From: a virus
Taxonomy: Duplodnaviria > Caudoviricetes
Reading direction: 5' to 3' (one strand)
Length of the DNA stretch: 28,777 nt
IMG/VR virus record: IMGVR_UViG_3300032239_001293
Location: 1-28,777 of that record
The position numbers and the translations under genes were made by a program. The notes under the pieces are model-generated. The model saw nothing but the letters and a program-made list of their open reading frames with translations. It did not search any database and had not been told where the DNA came from. The first letter of the stretch is position 1. Each line of letters opens with the position of its first letter. Positions 1 to 6,458 of the stretch are shown in pieces.

Positions 1-139
1 CTACGACTACTACAACCGCAGCTCCTACAACTACGACTACTACAACCGCAGCTCCTACAACTACGACTACTACAACCGCAGCTCCTACAACTACGACTAC
101 TACAACCGCAGCTCCTACAACTACGACTACTACAACCGC
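1..139 (+). repeat. Perfect 30-bp coding tandem repeat, at least 4.6 copies (TTTTTAAPTT)
   Basis: ctacgactactacaaccgcagctcctacaa at 1, 31, 61 and 91, with a partial copy at 121. Confidence 0.97.
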
Positions 140-767
140 TGCAACCCCTGCACCAACCACAACGACTACTACAACGACTACAACCCCTGCACCAACCACA
201 ACGACTACTACAACGACTACAACGACTACAACTACCGCAGCTCCTTATACCCCCACTATTGATTCTCTAACAACTACATCTACACAAACTTCCATTACTG
301 TTTCTTGGACAAGCAACACCGGTTACGCTTCTTACAAAATTTATTCTACCTCCGGAGTTATTGCTGGACAAGATGTTTATGCGGATGGAAGTCCGGGTTC
401 CTACACTTGGACAGGGTTAACTTGTGGTGCAGCTGGCTCTGCTTCTCTTGTTCTTTATAGTGGTGCAGGACAAACCGGAAGTAGGTCTGTAGCTGGTGCA
501 GGTTCATTTGCTAAATCAACAGCTGCTTGTGGAACTACTACCACAGTAGCACCAAGTACAACAACCGCAGCTACAACAACCACTGCAGCTACGACTACAA
601 CAACAGCAGCTACGACTACGACAACAGCGGGTACCACTGGAAACAGATGTACTTCGTTTGACGTAGCGCAAGGTTGTTCTAGTACAGCAGTTTGTGCTGC
701 AGCATGTGCTAGCGGAGCTAGCTGTAGCCCAATCAACCCGGGTTGGGATAACACCGGATGGTGTTAA
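3..767 (+). CDS. Partial (5'-truncated) mucin-like Thr-rich protein with an FN3-like domain and a Cys-rich C-terminus; probable virion fibre or decoration protein
   Basis: Frame 3 is open from the window edge to TAA at 765-767 and is not in the ORF track. Translation: (TTTTTAAPTT)n...YTPTIDSLTTTSTQTSITVSWTSNTGYASYKIY...SYTWTGLTCG (FN3-like W/Y/L pattern)...TTTAATTTT...RCTSFDVAQGCSSTAVCAAACASGASCSPINPGWDNTGWC*. Confidence 0.85.
   Translation, partial: TTTTTAAPTTTTTTTAAPTTTTTTTAAPTTTTTTTAAPTTTTTTTAATPAPTTTTTTTTTTPAPTTTTTTTTTTTTTTAAPYTPTIDSLTTTSTQTSITVSWTSNTGYASYKIYSTSGVIAGQDVYADGSPGSYTWTGLTCGAAGSASLVLYSGAGQTGSRSVAGAGSFAKSTAACGTTTTVAPSTTTAATTTTAATTTTTAATTTTTAGTTGNRCTSFDVAQGCSSTAVCAAACASGASCSPINPGWDNTGWC
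142..219 (+). repeat. 39-bp coding tandem duplication (TPAPTTTTTTTTT)
   Basis: caacccctgcaccaaccacaacgactactacaacgacta at 142-180 and 181-219. Confidence 0.93.
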
Positions 768-770
768 TAT
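762..770 (+). promoter_or_regulatory. Candidate extended -10 promoter (TGtTAATAT) for the accessory genes
   Basis: TGnTAATAT overlaps the upstream stop codon, 24 nt before the ATG at 795, which has a GGAG RBS. Confidence 0.3.
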
Positions 771-794
771 GCAGCCATTAGATTTGGAGATTAT

Positions 795-1175
795 ATGTTA
801 ACTGATAAAGATATTACTTTTGCATATGATGGAAATCCTGGTATTCCTTTAGTTTGGGTTATTGACACAGATTGTGTATATGACTTACCTTTAAGTAAAG
901 AACATGCTGATATTTTCTTAACACATGATGAAGTTATAGAAATTACAGAGCAGTATCCTAATCATGAGGGTATTACTGTTAGGTTTTTAAAAGATGGAAA
1001 TGTTTTAGAAGAACTACACACAACCGAGTATTTTGGAAGTATATTGCTTAGTAACCCTCAAGTATTAAATTTAAAAGACTATCCTTTTGGGCGCTACGTA
1101 GAGTCTCCACATGCTAAGTTTGTAGACGGACAATTTGTAATAACAAATCGTGATGTAACAGGAATGATGCCTTAG
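795..1175 (+). CDS. Hypothetical protein, possibly a fibre-associated chaperone
   Basis: 126-aa ORF with a GGAG RBS; acidic; lies directly after the fibre-like gene; function inferred from position only. Confidence 0.7.
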   Translation: MLTDKDITFAYDGNPGIPLVWVIDTDCVYDLPLSKEHADIFLTHDEVIEITEQYPNHEGITVRFLKDGNVLEELHTTEYFGSILLSNPQVLNLKDYPFGRYVESPHAKFVDGQFVITNRDVTGMMP

Positions 1176-1185
1176 AAAGGTACAC

Positions 1186-1416
1186 ATGGCTAAAAGTAGG
1201 TGGGAACAATATAAGGAAAAAAATGGGGTAACCCCACTAGACCTTTTAAATCCAGCAACAAAAAAAGCAAATGAAGAGTTATTTGAATCTAGAATGGCTA
1301 TTTGTCAAGCTTGTCCAGAGCTGTTTAAAGCAACAACACAATGCAAACGATGCGGTTGTTTTATGAACGTTAAAACTAAACTTGAAGCTGCTAAATGTCC
1401 TTTGGACAAGTGGTGA
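1186..1416 (+). CDS. Small Cys-rich metal-binding protein (DUF6171-like)
   Basis: RMAICQACPEL...QCKRCGCFM..KTKL..AKCPLDKW pattern; GAAAGG RBS. Confidence 0.8.
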   Translation: MAKSRWEQYKEKNGVTPLDLLNPATKKANEELFESRMAICQACPELFKATTQCKRCGCFMNVKTKLEAAKCPLDKW

Positions 1417-1419
1417 TTT

Positions 1420-2421
1420 GTGGAGTTCTTTAACAAAATAAGTATGGCGCAAATTGACCCAAATGGTCTTTGCAACGTGGGTTGTTGGTTTTGCCCAGTT
1501 TCTCATGGCGGTAATCCCGCAGCTGGTAGAGCCGACATGCCTATTGAAACTCTGCGTTCTGTAATTGAACAATTAATGGCAGGAAAAGGAACTTTTGTTT
1601 CAGATACTTTTGACTTTGTTTACACTGCTCACTACAACGAAGTATTGCTTTACAAGTATTTTGAAGAAATGCTTCAGTTGTTTAGAGAACATGGATTACG
1701 AACTATTGTCTTAACAAATGGCACGCCTCTTACAAAAGCAAAAGTAGACATAATCAAAGAATATCAAGATGTTGTTTATGGGATTTGTTTAAATATTCCT
1801 GCTGCAGAAGAGGAACTTTGGGCTAAGTACACCGGTAAAAATCTTAAAATGTTTTCAAAACTTATGGAAAATATTCAATACGCTATTGATTCTTTGCCGG
1901 CAATGTTTGAGTCTAAAAATTTATCAATTCAAATTAACGGGGTTAATGAAGAGTCTTTGGCCTCTAAAAATGGTTGGATAACCCTTTTAGATAACGCTCC
2001 TGATATTGACTTACGAGTTGACGGTGGAGATTTAGACCGACAATATACTTTGTTTTTAGAACGATTCCCTGGAATAAATGCTTACAAGATGCCAAGCTTA
2101 ATTGACAGAGCAGGTCATTTGGACAAAATGGGCGTAATGACAAATATTGACGGCATTAAAAAATACACGCAACAAGACAAAAAAAGAGTAGTTGGTTGCG
2201 GGAACGGCATTGAAGTTGGTGGTCGTCCAAATGGATGGATTCACATTAATGCTAATGGTGCCCTTATTATTTGTTGTAATGATTTTGATTTTGAAACTGT
2301 ATTTGGAAATGTTACCGAAAAACCAATTAAAGATATTTGGATGAGCATAGAGCACAAAGAAATGGTTCTTGATTCTTACAAATCTTTGTGCACAACTTGT
2401 GCTCATGCAATTTGGGAGTAG
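1420..2421 (+). CDS. Radical SAM enzyme with a C-terminal SPASM/twitch domain
   Basis: CNVGCWFC (CxxxCxxC), LTNG motif, and C-terminal C...IHINANGALIICCND...FGNV...IKDIW...CTTC auxiliary Fe-S motif. Confidence 0.92.
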   Translation: MEFFNKISMAQIDPNGLCNVGCWFCPVSHGGNPAAGRADMPIETLRSVIEQLMAGKGTFVSDTFDFVYTAHYNEVLLYKYFEEMLQLFREHGLRTIVLTNGTPLTKAKVDIIKEYQDVVYGICLNIPAAEEELWAKYTGKNLKMFSKLMENIQYAIDSLPAMFESKNLSIQINGVNEESLASKNGWITLLDNAPDIDLRVDGGDLDRQYTLFLERFPGINAYKMPSLIDRAGHLDKMGVMTNIDGIKKYTQQDKKRVVGCGNGIEVGGRPNGWIHINANGALIICCNDFDFETVFGNVTEKPIKDIWMSIEHKEMVLDSYKSLCTTCAHAIWE

Positions 2422-2422
2422 T

Positions 2423-3337
2423 ATGAAAAGTATTTTTATTCAACTTGCTGCTTATCATGATTATGAACTACCCGAAACTATTTTAGATTGCATTGAACAA
2501 AGTTCAGGTAAATATCAATTAAATTTTGGAGTTCATCTTTGTTACAAAGACAATAATGACATTGTGTTACCTGACCTTCCAAATATACAAGTTGCTACAA
2601 GTAAGGCCCCTAAAAACATAGGTTTAGGTTGGGGGCGTTATTTAGCTCATCAATTTTACAATGGGGAAGATTTTTATTTGCAAATAGACTCTCATAGCAA
2701 AATGGATAAAAACTGGGATTTAAAACTTATTGAACAAATTTATGATTATCAATTGCATGGATTTGCTAAACCTTTAATAACTAATTACCCACGAAACTAT
2801 TGGTATGACGAAAATGGGTTGTTTGGTTGCGATATTGGAACTGATAGTAGTGAAATAAAATTTATTGAAAATCCTGAACAATTTAAAGAAAGTTTGTTGC
2901 CTTCTCAAACTGCTTATACAACCAGAAAAAACAATGTCTTTTCTAAGTCTATTTCTGGTGGTTCTGTGTTTACAGTAGGACAATTTATATCTCCAAACAC
3001 TGATATTTCGTTTTATGGTGAAGAGATATTTATTGCAGCTAGGGCGTACACACATGGATTTGACCTTCTTATTCCAAAAGAACAATTTATGTATCACTTG
3101 TATTTTGACCATAAAAATCCAACACGCAATAAACGCACAATGGTTTGGAAAGACTACCCAAAAGAATTCAACGAAATGGACATAATTTCTAGAGACCTTA
3201 TTAAAAAGATGTTTAAAGAAAACATAGTTGGAGAAGGGTTTTTAGGTACTGCACGCACACTTAAGGAATTTGAACAGTTTTCAGGGTTAAATTTCACTAC
3301 AGGTGAAATCACTGAGTGTGATGATGAAGTAAAATAG
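2423..3337 (+). CDS. GT60-like glycosyltransferase (GlcNAc family PF11397; Skp1 Gnt1 / polypeptide alpha-GlcNAc transferase-like)
   Basis: MKSIFIQLAAYHDYEL..TI, GLGWGRYLA...Y.GEDFYLQIDSH...WD (DxH metal motif), FYGEEI..AARAYTHGFDL..P....YHLY, LGTARTL.EFE.F.G. The ATG at 2423 just after the rSAM stop is more likely than the 2369 start. Confidence 0.88.
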   Translation: MKSIFIQLAAYHDYELPETILDCIEQSSGKYQLNFGVHLCYKDNNDIVLPDLPNIQVATSKAPKNIGLGWGRYLAHQFYNGEDFYLQIDSHSKMDKNWDLKLIEQIYDYQLHGFAKPLITNYPRNYWYDENGLFGCDIGTDSSEIKFIENPEQFKESLLPSQTAYTTRKNNVFSKSISGGSVFTVGQFISPNTDISFYGEEIFIAARAYTHGFDLLIPKEQFMYHLYFDHKNPTRNKRTMVWKDYPKEFNEMDIISRDLIKKMFKENIVGEGFLGTARTLKEFEQFSGLNFTTGEITECDDEVK

Positions 3338-3374
3338 CCTTTTTTAACAGGTAAAATAAGAGACAATACTTTGT

Positions 3375-4025
3375 ATGCGAGGTTCAAAAGTACAGGGTCG
3401 TTTCAAAGTTGATTTTGAGCACCTATCTATCAACGAAGGAATTGTTGATGAGTTGCGTGACCCTGTTGGAACATCCGTAAACTGGTACGTTTGGGATGCA
3501 CAATTTTTTCAAGACCATCCAACTGAAGTAATAGATGATATATATGACGTTTCATCCCAAGTATCCGGGCAAGGACGCAAATGGAAAGCTCCTTTTGAAC
3601 TACCTGTAATTATGGCTCAACAACTCCGAGGTACAAACGTTATGAATGAACGTGGTTTTTATACTACTGATACCTTACGTATTGTTATTTCTGTTGCTGA
3701 TGTGCAGCGTTTTCTCCCAGCTTTATTGGACAATCCCAACGTGCATATTAAAGACCGCATAGTTTTTCAAGGAGAAACATTTGTCCCTACTCGGGTTCTT
3801 CCTCGGGGTCGGTATGCCAACAACTACGCTGTTGTAACAATTGATTGCAACCAAGTTAATTCAGAAGAACTTGTCAATGACCCACAATTCCAGGAGTTTG
3901 TGGATGCTCCAATACCTCCTCAAGGCAGTATAAATCCTGGAGGAATTGGGCATTCAATAGATGGCGGTTCTCCAACTACTGTAACCTTTGATTCACTTCT
4001 TAGCTCTGGGCAAATCCAAGGCTAG
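3375..4025 (+). CDS. Probable head-closure / head-tail joining protein
   Basis: 216-aa ORF predicted to be beta-rich (DTLRIVIS, KDRIVFQGETFVPTRV), upstream of the neck and tail genes; assignment mainly from synteny. Confidence 0.55.
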   Translation: MRGSKVQGRFKVDFEHLSINEGIVDELRDPVGTSVNWYVWDAQFFQDHPTEVIDDIYDVSSQVSGQGRKWKAPFELPVIMAQQLRGTNVMNERGFYTTDTLRIVISVADVQRFLPALLDNPNVHIKDRIVFQGETFVPTRVLPRGRYANNYAVVTIDCNQVNSEELVNDPQFQEFVDAPIPPQGSINPGGIGHSIDGGSPTTVTFDSLLSSGQIQG

Positions 4026-4045
4026 CATTACGAAAGGTAACAACA

Positions 4046-4168
4046 ATGGCTGAAGAATTTGAAATAGATGATGACCTATTAGATGAGTCATTGTTTGATG
4101 AAGACTTTGATGACCATGCATTAGATGAAGATGAATTAGATTTAGATGAAGACTTTGATGATGAGTAG
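4046..4168 (+). CDS. 40-aa hyper-acidic microprotein
   Basis: GAAAGG RBS; MAEEFEIDDDLLDESLFDEDFDDHALDEDELDLDEDFDDE*; 24/40 residues D or E, no K or R; not in the ORF track. Confidence 0.75.
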   Translation: MAEEFEIDDDLLDESLFDEDFDDHALDEDELDLDEDFDDE

Positions 4169-4229
4169 CATTGTAACAAAATTAAAACCAGCACCTTTGG
4201 CATACCCAAATGGGGGAGGATTAAAATCT

Positions 4230-4367
4230 ATGGCTAATAAAGCACCTGCATCTCAAAAGCTTGAGGTTGAAGCTTTAAAGAAGAAGCATGAAGTAGAGCT
4301 CGCAAAGCTACAAGAAAAACATGCAAAAGTTAACCAACCAAAACCTACGGTGAAAAAGAATGGCTAA
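4230..4367 (+). CDS. Small Lys-rich protein
   Basis: GGAGGA RBS before the ATG at 4230 (alternative in-frame start at 4161); MANKAPASQKLEVEALKKKHEVELAKLQEKH... Confidence 0.65.
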   Translation: MANKAPASQKLEVEALKKKHEVELAKLQEKHAKVNQPKPTVKKNG

Positions 4368-4548
4368 GACTATCAAGGTTGCTGGTGAGAAACACACAAT
4401 CAAGAAAAACAAAAAAGGCGAGGTCATCGTTGACCACGCTGGTAACAAGGGTAAGTACGACAAGATTAACCTGACAAAAAAGGCTGGCTCAAAGACAATT
4501 GCTCAAGGAGTTAAAGCGACTAGAAAGTGGCATAAACAAAATGGCTAA
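4360..4548 (+). CDS. Small Lys-rich protein
   Basis: 62 aa, overlaps both neighbours by 8 nt. Confidence 0.75.
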   Translation: MAKTIKVAGEKHTIKKNKKGEVIVDHAGNKGKYDKINLTKKAGSKTIAQGVKATRKWHKQNG

Positions 4549-4822
4549 AGCAAAGACTGAAGCATGGAGCCGTAAAGAAGGAAAAAATGCTAAAGGCGGA
4601 TTGAACGAAAAAGGACGCAAGTCGTATGAAAAATCTCATCCGGGTTCTGACCTTAAGCCTCCTGTAAAAAAAGAACAAGCCGCTAAATCTAAAAAGTCAG
4701 CTGCTCGTCGTAAGTCTTTTTGCGCCCGCATGGAAGGCATGAAAAAAGTAAACACCTCGTCTAAAACAGCTAATGACCCTAATAGCCGTATTAATAAGTC
4801 TTTGAGAGCTTGGGATTGCTGA
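4541..4822 (+). CDS. Basic phage protein (DUF6321-like)
   Basis: AWSRKEGKNAKGGLNEKGRKSY...PGSDLKPPV...RRKSFCARM...DPNSRINKSLRAWDC, a recurrent phage motif; the ATG at 4541 is more likely than 4499. Confidence 0.8.
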   Translation: MAKAKTEAWSRKEGKNAKGGLNEKGRKSYEKSHPGSDLKPPVKKEQAAKSKKSAARRKSFCARMEGMKKVNTSSKTANDPNSRINKSLRAWDC

Positions 4823-4965
4823 TGGCGACAAGAAATAATCCTTGTTGGGATGGGTATGTCCAAGTAGGAATGAAAATGAAAAACGGAAAAAAGGTACCAA
4901 ATTGCGTTCCGGAAAAGGGCGTAGCAAAACCCAAAAAACAAACTAAAAAGAAAGTGAGCAATTAA
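4822..4965 (+). CDS. 47-aa basic microprotein with a CWxGY...VPNCVP motif
   Basis: TGATG coupling; MATRNNPCWDGYVQVGMKMKNGKKVPNCVPEKGVAKPKKQTKKKVSN*; not in the ORF track. Confidence 0.8.
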   Translation: MATRNNPCWDGYVQVGMKMKNGKKVPNCVPEKGVAKPKKQTKKKVSN

Positions 4966-5063
4966 TGTGCGCTAAATGTGGATGTAACTGTAAACTTGGT
5001 AAACCAGCAAAAGGGTGTAAGTGCACTTGCGCTACCTGTAAATCTGCTAGAAAGAAGAAGTAA
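4965..5063 (+). CDS. 32-aa Cys/Lys-rich metallothionein-like microprotein
   Basis: TAATG coupling; MCAKCGCNCKLGKPAKGCKCTCATCKSARKKK*; 8 Cys, no aromatic residues. Confidence 0.75.
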   Translation: MCAKCGCNCKLGKPAKGCKCTCATCKSARKKK

Positions 5064-5065
5064 CT

Positions 5066-5938
5066 ATGACTCTTAATCCTACTCAATTTGGTAAGGTCGG
5101 CGGCGCTATTGTTGGCGGTGCTGCAGGTCTTGGCGCAGGTCTTCCTGGTGCAGCTGCAGGCGCTTACCTTGGTTCTAAAGCAGGTCCTGTTGTAGCACGT
5201 AACGCTGCTACTGGCGCAAGCAATGTTGGTAACGTTGCAGGTGGTGCATTGTCACACGCTGCTTCTGGTGCCGCTGCTGGTTTTAAACGTTTTGGTCCTT
5301 TGGGTGCAATTGTTGGTGGAGAAGCAGGCGCTGTTCGTGGCGCTGCATCTTCTGCTGCTGGACATAACATTCTACATGGAATGGGAACAGGAGCTTCAAA
5401 CGGTATGAAGATTGCTGGACCTTTGGGTGCAGCTGTTGGTGCAGGAATTGGCGCAATCGGTGGTCTCTTCCACAACCGTGCTGGTAAGCCTGCTGTTACT
5501 GCTCCTAGTACTGCAGTAGCAAAAGCTCCTGGTGCGTACACCATTCAGCGTGGGGATAACCTAAGCTCTATTGCTGCTTCTCATGGCACAACTCTTGGAG
5601 CTGTTCGTGCAGCAAACCCACAGTTTGCTTCTAACCCTAAATACAAAAACGGTAATATGATTTTTGCTGGCGGTAAAGTTAACCTTCCTGGTGCTACAGC
5701 AGCATCTTCAAGCAGTGCCCCTACTGTTCCAAACCGTGCTACCCCGCAACGGGCAATGACAAGCAGTGCCCCTACTGTTCCAAACCGTGCTACCCCGCAA
5801 CGGGCAATGATAAGTCCTTCACAACCACCAATGATGGGTAAGGTTCAAAATATGCCTTACAACAGCACCACTCCTGCGAGCCCTACACCACTTCCAAATG
5901 CATCAAGAACTAACAAAACTATGATTCAACCTCTCTAA
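5066..5938 (+). CDS. Glycine-zipper plus LysM domain protein
   Basis: Three GxxxGxxxG hydrophobic segments; LysM YTIQRGDNLSSIAASHGTTLGAVRAANP...IFAGGKVNLP; Pro/Thr-rich tail. Confidence 0.85.
   Translation: MTLNPTQFGKVGGAIVGGAAGLGAGLPGAAAGAYLGSKAGPVVARNAATGASNVGNVAGGALSHAASGAAAGFKRFGPLGAIVGGEAGAVRGAASSAAGHNILHGMGTGASNGMKIAGPLGAAVGAGIGAIGGLFHNRAGKPAVTAPSTAVAKAPGAYTIQRGDNLSSIAASHGTTLGAVRAANPQFASNPKYKNGNMIFAGGKVNLPGATAASSSSAPTVPNRATPQRAMTSSAPTVPNRATPQRAMISPSQPPMMGKVQNMPYNSTTPASPTPLPNASRTNKTMIQPL
5709..5810 (+). repeat. Perfect 51-bp coding tandem duplication (17-codon unit, SSAPTVPNRATPQRAM x2)
   Basis: caagcagtgcccctactgttccaaaccgtgctaccccgcaacgggcaatga at 5709 and 5760. Confidence 0.95.
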
Positions 5939-5959
5939 GAAAAAGAAAGAAGCAAATAA

Positions 5960-6136
5960 ATGTGCGCTACATGCGGATGTGGTAAAAAGAAGAAGAGTGA
6001 ACCTGGCTACGGCAAGGGCAAGGCTTCTGCAAAAGGTATGTCTCCAAAGCAAAAGAAACTTGCCGGAACAGCTGCTCCAGCAAACAAAATCACAGGTGCT
6101 GATTTTAAGGCCCTTAAAAAGGGAAAGAAGAAGTAA
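5960..6136 (+). CDS. 58-aa Lys-rich microprotein with N-terminal MCATCGCG
   Basis: MCATCGCGKKKKSEPGYGKGKASAKGMSPKQKKLAGTAAPANKITGADFKALKKGKKK*; not in the ORF track. Confidence 0.8.
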   Translation: MCATCGCGKKKKSEPGYGKGKASAKGMSPKQKKLAGTAAPANKITGADFKALKKGKKK

Positions 6137-6315
6137 TGGCAAAGTCAGATAAGCAACAAGACGCTGATGCAATGGCTGGAATGACTCCGGCTCAAAAGAA
6201 AAAGTTTAAGGCTGCAGATAAAAAGATGGATAAGAAGAAGCCATCTAGAGCTAAAGACAAGGCTATGGATAACGATTTAGCCGATAAGATTAAAGGCAAA
6301 AAGAAAAAGAAGTAA
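6136..6315 (+). CDS. 59-aa Lys-rich microprotein
   Basis: TAATG coupling; MAKSDKQQDADAMAGMTPAQKKKFKAADKKMDKKKPSRAKDKAMDNDLADKIKGKKKKK*; followed by a terminator. Confidence 0.8.
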   Translation: MAKSDKQQDADAMAGMTPAQKKKFKAADKKMDKKKPSRAKDKAMDNDLADKIKGKKKKK

Positions 6316-6320
6316 TGACT

Positions 6321-6348
6321 AAGCCACCTACGGGTGGCTTTTTCATTT
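6321..6348 (+). terminator. Rho-independent terminator
   Basis: AAGCCACC-TACG-GGTGGCTT stem with a cUACGg tetraloop, followed by TTTCATTT. Confidence 0.9.
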
Positions 6349-6458
6349 ATCATTACGTTATCGGGATACCGTGCGGTACCTGTGCAGTCCCAACTGCTTG
6401 CGCTTTATAAAGGGGTTTTATTCATGCTGTCTTTGCCTACCCAGATGGTGGCTTAACC

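Noticed and set aside
1-139. CRISPR array
   Set aside because: The 30-bp units are head-to-tail with no spacers and encode in-frame Thr-rich repeats
455-754. Minus-strand Val/Ala-rich ORF resembling a membrane protein
   Set aside because: It is the antisense mirror of the Thr/Ala codons of the + strand gene
2369-2422. N-terminal extension of the glycosyltransferase given in the ORF track
   Set aside because: It overlaps the rSAM C-terminus; the family motif begins right after the ATG at 2423
4000-4209. Minus-strand Ser-rich ORF
   Set aside because: It is the antisense mirror of the GAT/GAA codons of the acidic peptide, which has the RBS
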